Below are positions 10,633 to 21,179 of a stretch of DNA of 64,000 bases, one piece after another. The position numbers and the translations under genes were made by a program. The notes beneath the pieces are model-generated. The model saw only the letters and a program-made list of their open reading frames with translations. It had not been told where the DNA came from and made no database searches. Source of the stretch: Caldisericia bacterium (GTDB lineage Bacteria; Caldisericota; Caldisericia; JAAYUI01); NCBI GenBank assembly GCA_963674785.1, contig OY771555.1, forward strand, positions 1,408,001 through 1,472,000. Direction: 5' to 3'. Each line of letters opens with the position of its first letter. The first letter of the stretch is position 1.

Positions 10633-11013
10633 ATGTATAGAGCAACTGGAAGAAGAAAAACAGCTGTAGCTCAGGTCATTTTGACACATGGTGAAGGAAA
10701 TATCGTCATCAACAATAAGAGCTTGAACGATTATTACCCAAACGCCACATATCATAGGCCAATTTTTGAGCCACTTGCCGTTGTTGATCAGCTCAGAAAA
10801 TATGACATCAAGGTCAAAGTTTTTGGTTCAGGAAAGTCCGCACAGGCTGGAGCAATCAGACATGGAATCGCAAGAGCATTGGTCGTTGCTGATGCAGACC
10901 TTAAACCAAAACTTAAGGCACATGGATTGATGACTCGCGATGCTAGAAAAAAAGAGAGATGCAAAGCTGGTCTTAGAGGTGCAAGAGCAGACAGACAGTA
11001 CCGCAAGAGATAA
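10633..11013 (+). CDS. rpsI: 30S ribosomal protein S9
   Basis: TGRRKTAVA, QAGAIRHGIARAL, TRD.R.KER. Confidence 0.97.
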   Translation: MYRATGRRKTAVAQVILTHGEGNIVINNKSLNDYYPNATYHRPIFEPLAVVDQLRKYDIKVKVFGSGKSAQAGAIRHGIARALVVADADLKPKLKAHGLMTRDARKKERCKAGLRGARADRQYRKR

Positions 11014-12072
11014 GTGTACAACGCTTTTTTTTCAAATCGAATAGACGAGATTCAAAACTCCCTGGATTCTTTATCTGGGGAGTTTTCTAATTTATCTGAA
11101 GTTAGAATTTTTATCCCTTCGATATGGAGATTCTCACAGTTTCCACCCAGGGTTGAGGTTGTAAACGAGATCATTAATTACTTCAAATCAAAATCCATAA
11201 ATGTGATTGTTTCATATGATGGATTGAAGATGAATGACTGGATTAAGAGAATTGACACTGTTGGTGTTGAGCTTCAAGATTTTACAAAGACCAGGTATCT
11301 TAAAACTGACGGCATCGGAGAGCTGAATGTTCACAAGTATGGAAAACAAGATAACCTAAGGATTCCCATTCTTCAAAACCTTTATATAAATTCCGAAATC
11401 TCCGAAAGTAAAGCCATAATTCCGATTTTTTGCCCTTACCCATCCAATGTGTTTCATCTAAATGGGTGCATGAGTTCTTTTATGTCTGTGATTCCTACCG
11501 AGACAAGATCAAGAATCTTGCTTGAGGCAAAATCAGGAAAACACCATGAAGCATTGGTTGAGTTATTCTCCCTTGTATATAAAAAAATACTTTTTTCGGT
11601 ATATGATTTTTCAAATCTGTTCAGCTGGTCTGGAAATGGTGAAACTGAACCTCGAAAAAATAACTCTATTTTGGTAACAACCGATTCTGTCGCAGGTGAT
11701 TCAATGGTGTCCACCATTATCAAATGGCCAAAACTATCCATTAAGAGCATCAGGATTGCGAGTTCTTTGGGTTTTGGAGATGGAATGTTGGATAATGACT
11801 TATGGCACGAAAATAAGCCCGAAATTGCAAAAATAGACCACCTTGTTTCCGATAAGAATCATATCTTTTTCCCTGTCTCAATGATTACACGTTTTAAAAT
11901 CAGAGTTCAAGATAACTGCAATGGATGCGGTGAGTGTATCTACGCTTGTCCAAATGGCTCAATAATAATGGGCAATGGAAAACCAAAAGTGAGTCACTCG
12001 ATGTGTGTAAAATGTTTTGCATGTGTTGATTCTTGTCCAGAGTTTGCCCTCTGGATTAATAGGTCACCCTAA
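11014..12072 (+). CDS. DUF362-like protein with C-terminal 2x[4Fe-4S] ferredoxin domain
   Basis: C-terminal CNGCGECIYAC and CVKCFACVDSC; N-terminal part only weakly DUF362-like. Confidence 0.65.
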   Translation: MYNAFFSNRIDEIQNSLDSLSGEFSNLSEVRIFIPSIWRFSQFPPRVEVVNEIINYFKSKSINVIVSYDGLKMNDWIKRIDTVGVELQDFTKTRYLKTDGIGELNVHKYGKQDNLRIPILQNLYINSEISESKAIIPIFCPYPSNVFHLNGCMSSFMSVIPTETRSRILLEAKSGKHHEALVELFSLVYKKILFSVYDFSNLFSWSGNGETEPRKNNSILVTTDSVAGDSMVSTIIKWPKLSIKSIRIASSLGFGDGMLDNDLWHENKPEIAKIDHLVSDKNHIFFPVSMITRFKIRVQDNCNGCGECIYACPNGSIIMGNGKPKVSHSMCVKCFACVDSCPEFALWINRSP

Positions 12073-12325
12073 ATCCAGAGTCGGCCTTTTTTTCTGGAAT
12101 ATTTGTGATTTCAACATCTCTCACATGGGAGTTATATGGACCTGTCCATAATTGTTTAACCAACTGATTTAAAGATGCTTCACCAGACTGGGCTTCAATC
12201 TCAACGTCACCATTTGGCAGATTTCTTACAAAACCTGAAATATTAAGAAGATTTGCGGTTTTGTTGGTGAAATATCTGTACCCTACTCCTTGAACAAGCC
12301 CCTTAACTATTATTTTCTGTCTCAT
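12056..12325 (-). CDS. acyP: Acylphosphatase
   Basis: VKGLVQGVGYR, GFVRNL..G.VE; start at 12325. Confidence 0.93.
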   Translation of the reverse strand: MRQKIIVKGLVQGVGYRYFTNKTANLLNISGFVRNLPNGDVEIEAQSGEASLNQLVKQLWTGPYNSHVRDVEITNIPEKKADSGFRVTY

Positions 12326-12731
12326 CTTTTTTGATGAATTCTCTATATATTCCGCCGAGAATCCCATTGATGAATCTTCCAGATTCATCACCGCCAAACT
12401 TTTTTCCTAGCCTTACTGCTTGGTCTATGATAACAGACGCCGGAGTTTCTTTTGGGTACAAGAGTTCGAAAACAGCAAGCCTTATAATGGCTCTATCGAC
12501 CAGGTGAAGTCTGCCAAGTTTCCAGTTGTCGAGTTTCTTCGAGATTATATCATCTATCGCAACTAGATTCTCGATCGTGCCATCAAACAAAGACTTAGCA
12601 AAATCCGCCACCTCAGGGTCAACCGACGAAGTTGTCAGAACATTTTTGCCCGCGTGATGGATCTCATCCTTCCAAAATGATCCGGCAAAAAGCATTTGGA
12701 GAGCCAGCTCTCTTCCAGCTCTCCTATTCAT
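12303..12731 (-). CDS. nusB: Transcription antitermination factor NusB
   Basis: RR..RE.ALQ, DRAIIRLA.FEL, FINGIL. Confidence 0.95.
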   Translation of the reverse strand: MNRRAGRELALQMLFAGSFWKDEIHHAGKNVLTTSSVDPEVADFAKSLFDGTIENLVAIDDIISKKLDNWKLGRLHLVDRAIIRLAVFELLYPKETPASVIIDQAVRLGKKFGGDESGRFINGILGGIYREFIKKDETENNS

Positions 12732-12748
12732 TAATTAAAACCTCTTTA

Positions 12749-13312
12749 TTACTTGTTTGCACGTTCAAGATATAGACCAGTTCTTGTGTCCACTTTTATT
12801 TCTTCACCCTCTTCGATGAAGAGTGGAACCTGGCATTTGTATCCTGTTTCAAGGGTGGCTGGTTTTGTACCAGATTGTGCCCTGTCACCTTTGAAACCGG
12901 GCTCGGTTTCCTGAACCTTGAGAATGACAAAATTTGGTAATTCAATTCCGACCTGTCTTCCCTTGTAGAAAGAAACCTCAATCATTTCATTCTCTTTGAG
13001 GAAGTCTGCAGATGAGCCAAGTTCGTCTCTCATGAGTGAAATCTGCTCATAGTTGTCAGTGTCCATGAAAATATACTCATCACCCTGTGAATAGAGATAC
13101 TGCATCTTTCTGTGGTCAAGGAATGCAGGTTTGAACTTCTCTTCTGGTCTGAATGTTCGCTCAATTGTTGAGCCATTGTCTACATTTCTGATTTTCAGTC
13201 TGACGTGAGCTGTGCCTTTGCCTGGTTTGACATGATGATATTCAACACATACCCAAAGCTCTCCGTCCATTTCAAAAGTTCTGCCTGATCTTAAATCGTT
13301 TGCTGTAATCAT
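12749..13312 (-). CDS. efp: Elongation factor P
   Basis: HVKPGKG, KPATLETG, VPLFI..GE.IKVDTRTG.Y. Confidence 0.98.
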   Translation of the reverse strand: MITANDLRSGRTFEMDGELWVCVEYHHVKPGKGTAHVRLKIRNVDNGSTIERTFRPEEKFKPAFLDHRKMQYLYSQGDEYIFMDTDNYEQISLMRDELGSSADFLKENEMIEVSFYKGRQVGIELPNFVILKVQETEPGFKGDRAQSGTKPATLETGYKCQVPLFIEEGEEIKVDTRTGLYLERANK

Positions 13313-13335
13313 TATTCCTCCTTGGAACAGTCGAA

Positions 13336-13364
13336 ATTATATTGAGCAACCTGTACTATGTCAA
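13336..13364 (-). promoter_or_regulatory. Consensus sigma70 promoter for efp-nusB-acyP
   Basis: TTGACA-17-TATAAT on minus strand, then GGAGGA RBS. Confidence 0.8.
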
Positions 13365-13376
13365 CGAACCTTCAGC

Positions 13377-13405
13377 TTGACTATTTTAGACAAAAGAAAT
13401 ACTAT
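13377..13405 (+). promoter_or_regulatory. Sigma70-like promoter, near-leaderless
   Basis: TTGACT-17-TACTAT, 8 nt before ATG 13414. Confidence 0.6.
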
Positions 13406-13413
13406 CACTAGAA

Positions 13414-14241
13414 ATGCTTTATTTACCAAAGGGTGAGATAATTTTTAATATGCTTCCGGTCAATTCGGTTTCGATGGTTGAATTGTTGGATGAGGAAGAA
13501 AATTACGATCGACTTATTGAGGTTCATACCTTTAAGTCGGCAAATGCATTCATTGCAAAAGGTAAAGAGATAGTTTATGGATTCGAATTTACTGAGGAGA
13601 TGTTGCATCTTGGGGATTTGTCTATTTCCAAAATTTCTGAATACATAAAGAATAATCCGTCAAAAATCACAACAAGCAAATTAACAAATGAGCTTTCAAA
13701 ATTCTATAGTGATTTGATGATCGTTTTTCCGAAATACCGAAATCTAGACACGAGATATTTTTCTCTCTGGCGGTTTTCAGATGTGATTGCCGAAGAAGGA
13801 CTCAGTGGTTACATCAGTGTTCAGTTTACAGGCGGTACTCTCTGGTCGGCTTATTCTGATGGAGTCAATACGGGTGGATATCTTGTTTTAGAGAAGAATG
13901 GACGAACAGAAAGATTGTCTACAAAAGGTGTTTTAGAGCAGTCGGCGAAGCTTGTCGGTAGAATTGATTTTCATCAACTGACAAGAAAAGAGAAATTCAA
14001 TATCGATAGAAACTCTGTGCTCTCAAGAAGTAAATCATTTTTCGAAATTATTGATACTGATTCACAACCTCAAAGGAGAATCATCAAACAGTTTGGTGAA
14101 ATGGGTATTGAGATTGCGATGTGTTTTGATGGGAAGAGATCGATTGAAAAAATTGCAAAAGAGACAAGGGAGCCTGAAGAAAGGGTGCTTTCTCTTGCAG
14201 GATTCCTTATCCAGCTGAAAATATTGGAAATGGTGATATAA
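13414..14241 (+). CDS. Hypothetical protein, PATAN/DUF4388-like segment plus C-terminal wHTH
   Basis: GLSGYISV..G.....Y.DG pattern; C-terminal DGKRSIEKIA wHTH-like motif. Confidence 0.6.
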   Translation: MLYLPKGEIIFNMLPVNSVSMVELLDEEENYDRLIEVHTFKSANAFIAKGKEIVYGFEFTEEMLHLGDLSISKISEYIKNNPSKITTSKLTNELSKFYSDLMIVFPKYRNLDTRYFSLWRFSDVIAEEGLSGYISVQFTGGTLWSAYSDGVNTGGYLVLEKNGRTERLSTKGVLEQSAKLVGRIDFHQLTRKEKFNIDRNSVLSRSKSFFEIIDTDSQPQRRIIKQFGEMGIEIAMCFDGKRSIEKIAKETREPEERVLSLAGFLIQLKILEMVI

Positions 14242-14245
14242 AATA

Positions 14246-14815
14246 ATGAGTAATGAGAACTCAAAAAAAATTCAAATAAAACACAGTACTCCTGAACGCC
14301 TAGCAATGCCTTTCGTGAGGTATTTCTTCTTCAGACAGGAAAAAAGAGCATCATCGAGAGGTCTGGGGCTTATAACAAAAGGCATCTGGGAGATGTTTGG
14401 TGCAAGCAAGGCAAAATCAATTCTCTACTATGTCGGCAGACAAGCTGGAAGAGAAATCTCCGAGGCAACCGAAAAAGAGTACAACACAAAACGAGCAAAG
14501 ACATGGTCAGAGCTGCTTGGTAATATTGAAATATTCTGCGACCTTATGGCGGGAGCGAAGGCCACAATTGCGTCTGCAACAGAAACTCAGGCGATCATCC
14601 ATCTTTATGATTCACCTTCTTGCTACAAAATAGAAGGCTTTTCAGATCCTTGCTGTGACTACATGGCTGGAATCTTCGCCTCACTTCCGGCGTTTGACTT
14701 TGCTGGTGCTCAAGCAAGTTGTAAAGAGCTAAAATGTAAAGGGTGTGACCCTGATCAGAAGTATTGTGTTTTTGAGCTCAACGTAGTTTGGCCTGATGGG
14801 AAGATGCCTGGGTAA
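14246..14815 (+). CDS. V4R (4-vinyl reductase) domain protein
   Basis: LYYVG...G; PCC.YMAG.F; E..C...C.F pattern. Confidence 0.75.
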   Translation: MSNENSKKIQIKHSTPERLAMPFVRYFFFRQEKRASSRGLGLITKGIWEMFGASKAKSILYYVGRQAGREISEATEKEYNTKRAKTWSELLGNIEIFCDLMAGAKATIASATETQAIIHLYDSPSCYKIEGFSDPCCDYMAGIFASLPAFDFAGAQASCKELKCKGCDPDQKYCVFELNVVWPDGKMPG

Positions 14816-14938
14816 GTAATATTTTCTCTGTAAAGTATTTCATCCATCCTTTCAGAGTCCGCGGATGTGTTAAAGCATGACACTGAAAAAACAAACAATA
14901 AAACAAACAATATTGAAGCAATCTTATAGTCTTTTCTA

Positions 14939-16830
14939 TTAGTCATTATTCCATGCTCCTTTTCTGAAGTATCTGATGTAGGGGTCCTGGCCTATTTCAT
15001 GGAGAATGTGAAGTTTTAAGTCTTCTCCAATATAGGCTGTATATCTCGGTTGTGGTTCACCTGTAATAACACTACTTCTTACACAAAGATAAATTTTATT
15101 GTCAATGTTTGATGAATTGACTGAATTATCCATATAACACATTTCATCATAGCTAACAATCTTGGTTAACTTGCCAGTTTCCATTTCAAGGGCATATATT
15201 TCATCTGCAAATTCAATTTCAAAGTTTCCGGTTTCATCAGTTTCAATATTTGTTCTTCTATATCTAATGGAAAGAATAACATAAAGCTTATCATTGATGT
15301 AACCAGTGTTTCTAATGCCATATTCCTCAATTCTTCTATTTTCGAATAGTGGGATATCTAAATCTGATAATTGATGTACAGTTTTCCCATCAAGAGTAGA
15401 AACCAAAGTTGTTTGCCTAGTATCTGGCGAAAGCATAGGTAGCTCTTTGTATGTATTTAAACCCCATGGTTGCACATCTTTCGGAGAAGTATATCCAATT
15501 ACTCCTGTTGTATGGTCTGTAAAACTAACCCATTCTCTTTTAGGAATGTAATCTGTTTCTTCGATTGACATATCATTAAGCGATAGCTTGACAATCTTCG
15601 CACTAGCGTATGGTGATTCATAAAAATTGGACTCCATACTTGGGTACAAGTCGCTTTGACTTGCCTTGAAAATCTTATCTTCTTTTGTTTGTTCAAGCAG
15701 ATATGCTTCGTTGCTATTCTCCCATTTCAAAAGATAGTACCATTTCCCACTCTCTCTCATAACATGAGTAAATTCTGTTGGGGACTGTTTGTTATCTGTT
15801 ACAATGTATTTTCTGTATCTTGTTCCTAAGACATGATTAACACCGGTATTAATGTTGTATATAACGAAGTTGGTAACCCTGATACTTTTTATGAGACTTC
15901 CATCCTCTTCCAACATCAAACTTGGATCAAAAGTTATTCCATCATTGAAAGAGCCACCACTAAAGAGTATCGAATGTCGATTCGAGTACAATAGCCACTC
16001 ACCGTTGGGTGAAACTGCTATTGGGGTATTAGAACCTTCCTTGTTTTGATATTGTGCATTTGGCAACTCAAATAATGAGTTTAAAAAATCTTCATCCAAT
16101 GGAGGAATTGTAATTTTTATTTCATGTCTCTCATCTTTTCCTTCGAGGTTCCATGTGAACAACCCATCACCTCTAACCCATCCACACCTTATCTCCTCCG
16201 GGTCAGAAACATAAATCTTTTGACTGTGTTCAAGTCCGTACCTATCATATGCTTCAAGGGTAAGTGTTCCACTACTTGGGTCAAGCAAGGTAACATAACC
16301 TGTAAAGGTTGTGCCAGTTTCTTTTGAATCAAACTCAATCAGTGTTCCCTCTTGGTCTGTAACCCTTACGATTTCAAGTGGTGATTCAGAGGTAACAGTC
16401 ATCTTTTGTGATTCATCAAACAAAGAATTATCATACTCAACTTTTATCTTAGGTCTTTCCTTGATTGTCAGTGGTGCATAGATGGTCATCGCTCCACTGC
16501 CATCTTTTGGTACACCTGTTACTGCTATCTGATATTCACCAAATTCAATATCCTCAGGAACCCTCAAAACATCTGACCACTCACTTCCACTTGGTTCAAC
16601 TAGGCTTGGGATTTGATTGTTTTAAAACCAAAATCCACCGAGCTTATTTCTTTTTCAAAAATTACGTTTATTGGGATTTCAATTCCAGCATACCCATATT
16701 CCTGGATTTCAATTTTCTGCTCCAAAACATTAGCTGAATCATTTGTGTATTGATTTCCACATGAAACAAAAGAAGTGACGATCATAATAATTAAAAGGCA
16801 ACTGATGTAGATTGTTATGTCCCTCCTCAT
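14939..16830 (-). pseudogene. Frameshifted lipoprotein (ORFs 16600-16830 and 14939-16567), paralog of 16827-18188
   Basis: Upstream part has lipobox FVSC; adding one A to the A4 run (minus strand, 16620-16623) fuses both parts into ~630 aa. Confidence 0.7.
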
Positions 16831-18188
16831 CTCGCCACAAACCTTTCCTTATATGTTACTTCTGGATAGCTTAGTGGAAGTGGATAATCATCAAAGTTGC
16901 ATTGATCTAGTTTTTTTATCTCAAAATCATCCTCTATTTTTATTGTGTGGTATGTTTTTGAAATATCATTTCTTGAGATAAAGGTTACATCCTCTCTTCC
17001 TAAATCAGAAGCAATGTATGTACCAGCAATAACAAGGTTTTCATCAACATCTAGAACCTTTCGAAGTTCACCTGATTCAATATCTAGGGCATAAAGAACA
17101 GATTTTATCACTTCTGGGATGATGGGGTTTTCTTCTGTAATTTCATCTGGTCTAAACCCTTCTGAGATTTTATAACTTGCGTCAATAAAAGCGTAGAGCT
17201 TTTCATTAACATAACCTGATCCAACAATTCTTTTTGACAAAAGCTCTATTCCAATATCTTCAAATTCAAGGTCTTCCATATTCCACATCTTAGTGCAATC
17301 AAGGTTGGAGATAATCGATGGGAAAGGATTGAGGTTTGTATTTGTTTTGGAGATAATTGGTCCATCATGCATTCCAATATATCCAGTTACACCTGTTGTA
17401 TGGTCGGAATAACACATCCATGCACGTGGTGGTTTATTGAATCCATCAACCTCAGTCAGGGAAAAATCTTTCAATGAAAGTTTTACTATCTTTGCACTAG
17501 CTTTTGGTACCTGTGGGACAAAAGAATCCATGCCAGGATAAAACTTTTCCTGAGAACCATTAATCACAAACTCTTCATCTTTTGTCTGTTCAAGAAGATA
17601 TAGTTCGTCATCTCTATCCCACTTCAAGATAAAATATAACGGACCTGATTCTCTCAATTCATATTGATCATAGTATATATATTTTCTTATCCCTAGGCTT
17701 TTGATTTCATGAGTTTCAAGATTGATTATTTGAAAATCATATATGTATGTCTGACGGATCTTTCTATTGTTTATTTTATCTCTATACTCATCTTCGTAAA
17801 CAAGGTTAGATATCGCTGAAACAGCAGCATACTTTTTTGAAGGTGACAGACCTAACACATAATAAGCTGCATTAACATTGATTTTATATTCTCCTCGGTA
17901 ATCAGTATATTTGGTAAGGAACCTCTCTGTATTTTTTGTTCTGTTGAGCTCAACAACAGCTTCTTCCTCTGAATCCAATATTTGATCAGGATTTAATGAG
18001 TACAATCTCTGTTTGTACATAAGATCACCAGATTCATCTTCGAAATAATCATTACCAAATGGTTTTGGGATTGAGAGGATGCGACCTGATTTTGGAATTG
18101 ATTGAGTATTGTTTGCCTTGGGTTTTCCACAAGAAACCATGCCCACAACAACCAATAAAGTAGTTACAATGATTACAAATTTTTTCAT
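16827..18188 (-). CDS. Lipoprotein, probable beta-propeller-like
   Basis: MKKF..MVSC lipobox; LSPSKKYAAV; shares motifs with the downstream paralog. Confidence 0.75.
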   Translation of the reverse strand: MKKFVIIVTTLLVVVGMVSCGKPKANNTQSIPKSGRILSIPKPFGNDYFEDESGDLMYKQRLYSLNPDQILDSEEEAVVELNRTKNTERFLTKYTDYRGEYKINVNAAYYVLGLSPSKKYAAVSAISNLVYEDEYRDKINNRKIRQTYIYDFQIINLETHEIKSLGIRKYIYYDQYELRESGPLYFILKWDRDDELYLLEQTKDEEFVINGSQEKFYPGMDSFVPQVPKASAKIVKLSLKDFSLTEVDGFNKPPRAWMCYSDHTTGVTGYIGMHDGPIISKTNTNLNPFPSIISNLDCTKMWNMEDLEFEDIGIELLSKRIVGSGYVNEKLYAFIDASYKISEGFRPDEITEENPIIPEVIKSVLYALDIESGELRKVLDVDENLVIAGTYIASDLGREDVTFISRNDISKTYHTIKIEDDFEIKKLDQCNFDDYPLPLSYPEVTYKERFVAR

Positions 18189-18214
18189 ATTCTCTATTCC
18201 CCAGATTGAATTTT

Positions 18215-20281
18215 CTACCAAATAAAATCTACAAGCCCACCAGCTTCATCTGAGTTTGCATCCATTCCAACTCCAACTTCAATTCCTGGTCTGGTTTTTG
18301 ATGGCTCATACCAGCTATCATCTTCCGTGCATTTTTCAAGTCCATAGGTATCGTGACCACCAATATCCAGGAAAAGTCCGAGACAGAGAATCTCGTTTCG
18401 GATGGTGTCAGGTGTAGTGTTTCCACTAATATAAGAACCACCGTACATCCTGCCACTTTTAGCATCGTATGTATCGTCTCCGCCAACGTTGACAAATATC
18501 CCTATTCCATTCTGGTTACCACAGCCAAGCATGAGTCCGCCTTCTTTTCTTACTTCCTTTCCCTCGCTGTTTTCTTCAATCCTGAAGCAGTTGTATGTGT
18601 CGTTTCCACCGGTATCAATGTGCCACGATGTCGAGAAATCATGTCCAACTCCGATTGAGGTTGCCTGTTTTGCAGTATAGGTATCATTTCCGTCCTCATC
18701 TTTGAAAAGTGAGATTGCATAGTGAGCGGTTGCTCCCTGTACATACCAGAGACCATCATATTCATCGTCACCTGATTTGTCAGAAAGCACACCCACTCCA
18801 TACCAATAGGCAACACCCTGACCAAAGACACCACATGAATAGTGGTCATCTCCAGCATCATCAACAATCAATCCGCATCCACCAGACATTGAATGACCAT
18901 CTGTGATATCTGCACGTCTTCCGAAACCACATCCCTGGCTCATCGATGTGTTGTGATTTGAGTTTTGGGCAGAAGGGTTTACAATATCTTCATCATTGGC
19001 TGTGTAGGTGTCGTTACCGTTTTTATCGTATAAAAGTCCGTACCCCTGAGTGTAACCGAAACCCTGAGAACCAAAATAACAGTAGTATTCATCATCTCCT
19101 GAATAGTCCAGGCAAAACCCGGTTCCAAAAATCCCCGCTCCCTGAGAAAGATTTACTGCGTTGTATTTGTCGTTCCCGCCATAGTCAGCCAAAATCCCTG
19201 TTCCAAAGATTCCTGAGCCTTGTGTGTTATCAAAACTTGAATATGTGTCGGAACCTTCAAAATCCAGAACCATGCCGACACCAAGAACTCCCCCACCAAA
19301 ACTTGGAAGTGAATCAGATTCAGCCTCATAGTGGTCGTCACCAGCAAGGTCTATGATCACACTAATACAGTTTGAAAGGCTGTTTGTTGCACCCATGTTT
19401 CCGAAATAGGTGTCATCACCAATTGTGTCGACAATCAACATATGGTTTTCGCCCAAATATTCATCGTTGCTTTTTGTGCCGTTTAGCGTGATTCTTCCGT
19501 ATGGTGTGAGGAAAGTCTCGTTGATGTTGGTCAGGTCGAATGTTCCGTCGAGAATCGCGTTTTTGATATTCTGAACTGAGAAAACTACCCTGCAGTTTGC
19601 CCAGAAAAGTTGTTTCATGTCAGCTTTTTCTGCAATTTTATAGAGTTCAACCATATCATCTTCCATAAAGAAATTATTCAGCTTTTGGAATAGGTTTTCA
19701 TTAAGAGTGACACCATCAAAAACCCTCTGCCTTTCAACTTGAAGATGTTTTGAAGAGAAAATGAATTCAGCAAGAAGTTTTGCTGTTTCGGGAGTTACTG
19801 AGTTTTCAAAGTTGGTTATCTTTTCTTCAAATCTGTCCGTCCAACCCCAGTTGTTGTATTCAAAAACTTCCTTTAGAGAATTTGTGAATGGCAATTCCTC
19901 ATCATACTCAAAAGCTGGTAGATACTGGTCAAAAAAGCCTGCCACATAACCGGAAATCTTGCTTGCCCCGTAGAAGTAGTTGATTTTGAGTTCGTTGCCC
20001 ATATCGCCAGAATTCCAGATTGAGATTCTATCTGTCATTTGTCTTGTGATTTGAGGAATCAAAAGTGGTTTCGACCATATCTCATTGAACCAATTAAGTC
20101 TGAATGGATCATGATTTAATCGATCCAATTTATCCATGTCCCAAGTGACATCTTCAGGGCTCAGACCTGCAGCAGAAAGAGCAAGGCTGAAGTAATCAGT
20201 TTCTTCCTCCGCTGAGAGAAAACTAAAACTTGAAAACAGGAGCACCAAAACAAGGAAAAACACAACAAATGACTTCTTCAT
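18215..20281 (-). CDS. Secreted protein with 12 G-x-D-x-Y repeats
   Basis: Signal peptide MKKSF..LSA with GGAGGTG RBS; Gly/Asp-rich repeats in C-terminal half. Confidence 0.8.
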   Translation of the reverse strand: MKKSFVVFFLVLVLLFSSFSFLSAEEETDYFSLALSAAGLSPEDVTWDMDKLDRLNHDPFRLNWFNEIWSKPLLIPQITRQMTDRISIWNSGDMGNELKINYFYGASKISGYVAGFFDQYLPAFEYDEELPFTNSLKEVFEYNNWGWTDRFEEKITNFENSVTPETAKLLAEFIFSSKHLQVERQRVFDGVTLNENLFQKLNNFFMEDDMVELYKIAEKADMKQLFWANCRVVFSVQNIKNAILDGTFDLTNINETFLTPYGRITLNGTKSNDEYLGENHMLIVDTIGDDTYFGNMGATNSLSNCISVIIDLAGDDHYEAESDSLPSFGGGVLGVGMVLDFEGSDTYSSFDNTQGSGIFGTGILADYGGNDKYNAVNLSQGAGIFGTGFCLDYSGDDEYYCYFGSQGFGYTQGYGLLYDKNGNDTYTANDEDIVNPSAQNSNHNTSMSQGCGFGRRADITDGHSMSGGCGLIVDDAGDDHYSCGVFGQGVAYWYGVGVLSDKSGDDEYDGLWYVQGATAHYAISLFKDEDGNDTYTAKQATSIGVGHDFSTSWHIDTGGNDTYNCFRIEENSEGKEVRKEGGLMLGCGNQNGIGIFVNVGGDDTYDAKSGRMYGGSYISGNTTPDTIRNEILCLGLFLDIGGHDTYGLEKCTEDDSWYEPSKTRPGIEVGVGMDANSDEAGGLVDFIW

Positions 20282-20342
20282 AGCGATCACCTCCGAGGTG
20301 TACACTATGATAACATAAAGTTGATATTTGCCAAAAAATCAG

Positions 20343-21179
20343 CTATTTGAATTTTACCATTTTGGTTTCGACGTATGATGCCAGAATGATTAAGAAAGAA
20401 CCTATCTGTGAAAAAATCATCATGAATGTGCTTACCATAAGGTTGCCAGTACCTATTCTGTTTGCAGAAATAAATTGGAACAGAGCGTAGTTTACCGAGA
20501 AGAAAAGGATTGCCATGATGATGATTTTCCAAGATCTGGAAAGAAGTCCCTGATAGATTTCAGATAATACTGCAATAGAAACAATCATACACGCGAATGC
20601 AAAACCAATATTCCAAATTGAGATAAATCTGCTTGGAATAGTTATTGACCCGGGGGCAAGAAATGGTGAAACAAAAGCCAGAATAATTGCATATCCAATA
20701 AGTACTGCAGGTAGACCGATTTTCATTATTTTATTGGGAGGAGAGGCAGTTTTTACAAGGTAGTATTCTCTGGATATTGCAATCAAGAGCAATGGTAAAA
20801 CCCAAAGATGACCAAACCAATCAGCAAGACTTGGGGGTCTGAAAACATCAATTCCAAAGATATACACACATACTATTGATATGAAATTTCCAAGCATGAG
20901 AAAAAACATTGATAACATCACAAAACGCCATATCTTTCTATGATAGTCTGATGGATCGTATGTGAGCATCGCTTTGTAGCTATAGTAGTATGCAGCACCC
21001 GAATTTAGAAGCTGAATAATTACAATTGGTAAATTGTTATTTATGGCAATTTTTGTGCCTGTTGCTCCACTCATTAATCTTGGTAGGAATATGAATGCAA
21101 CTATTTCAATAATGACAATAGAACCAAGGATAATCTGGATTCTATAAAATGGGTCTTTAAGGAGTTTCTGTAGTTTCAA
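20343..21179 (-). CDS. Hypothetical polytopic membrane protein (sensor-domain-like, PSLAD motif)
   Basis: ~8 hydrophobic segments; RKIW and PSLADW motifs. Confidence 0.7.
   Translation of the reverse strand: MKLQKLLKDPFYRIQIILGSIVIIEIVAFIFLPRLMSGATGTKIAINNNLPIVIIQLLNSGAAYYYSYKAMLTYDPSDYHRKIWRFVMLSMFFLMLGNFISIVCVYIFGIDVFRPPSLADWFGHLWVLPLLLIAISREYYLVKTASPPNKIMKIGLPAVLIGYAIILAFVSPFLAPGSITIPSRFISIWNIGFAFACMIVSIAVLSEIYQGLLSRSWKIIIMAILFFSVNYALFQFISANRIGTGNLMVSTFMMIFSQIGSFLIILASYVETKMVKFK

Noticed and set aside
16595-16635. Programmed -1 ribosomal frameshift
   Set aside because: No in-frame X XXY YYZ heptamer; slipping at TTT AAA would put a TAA in frame; a 1-bp deletion is simpler
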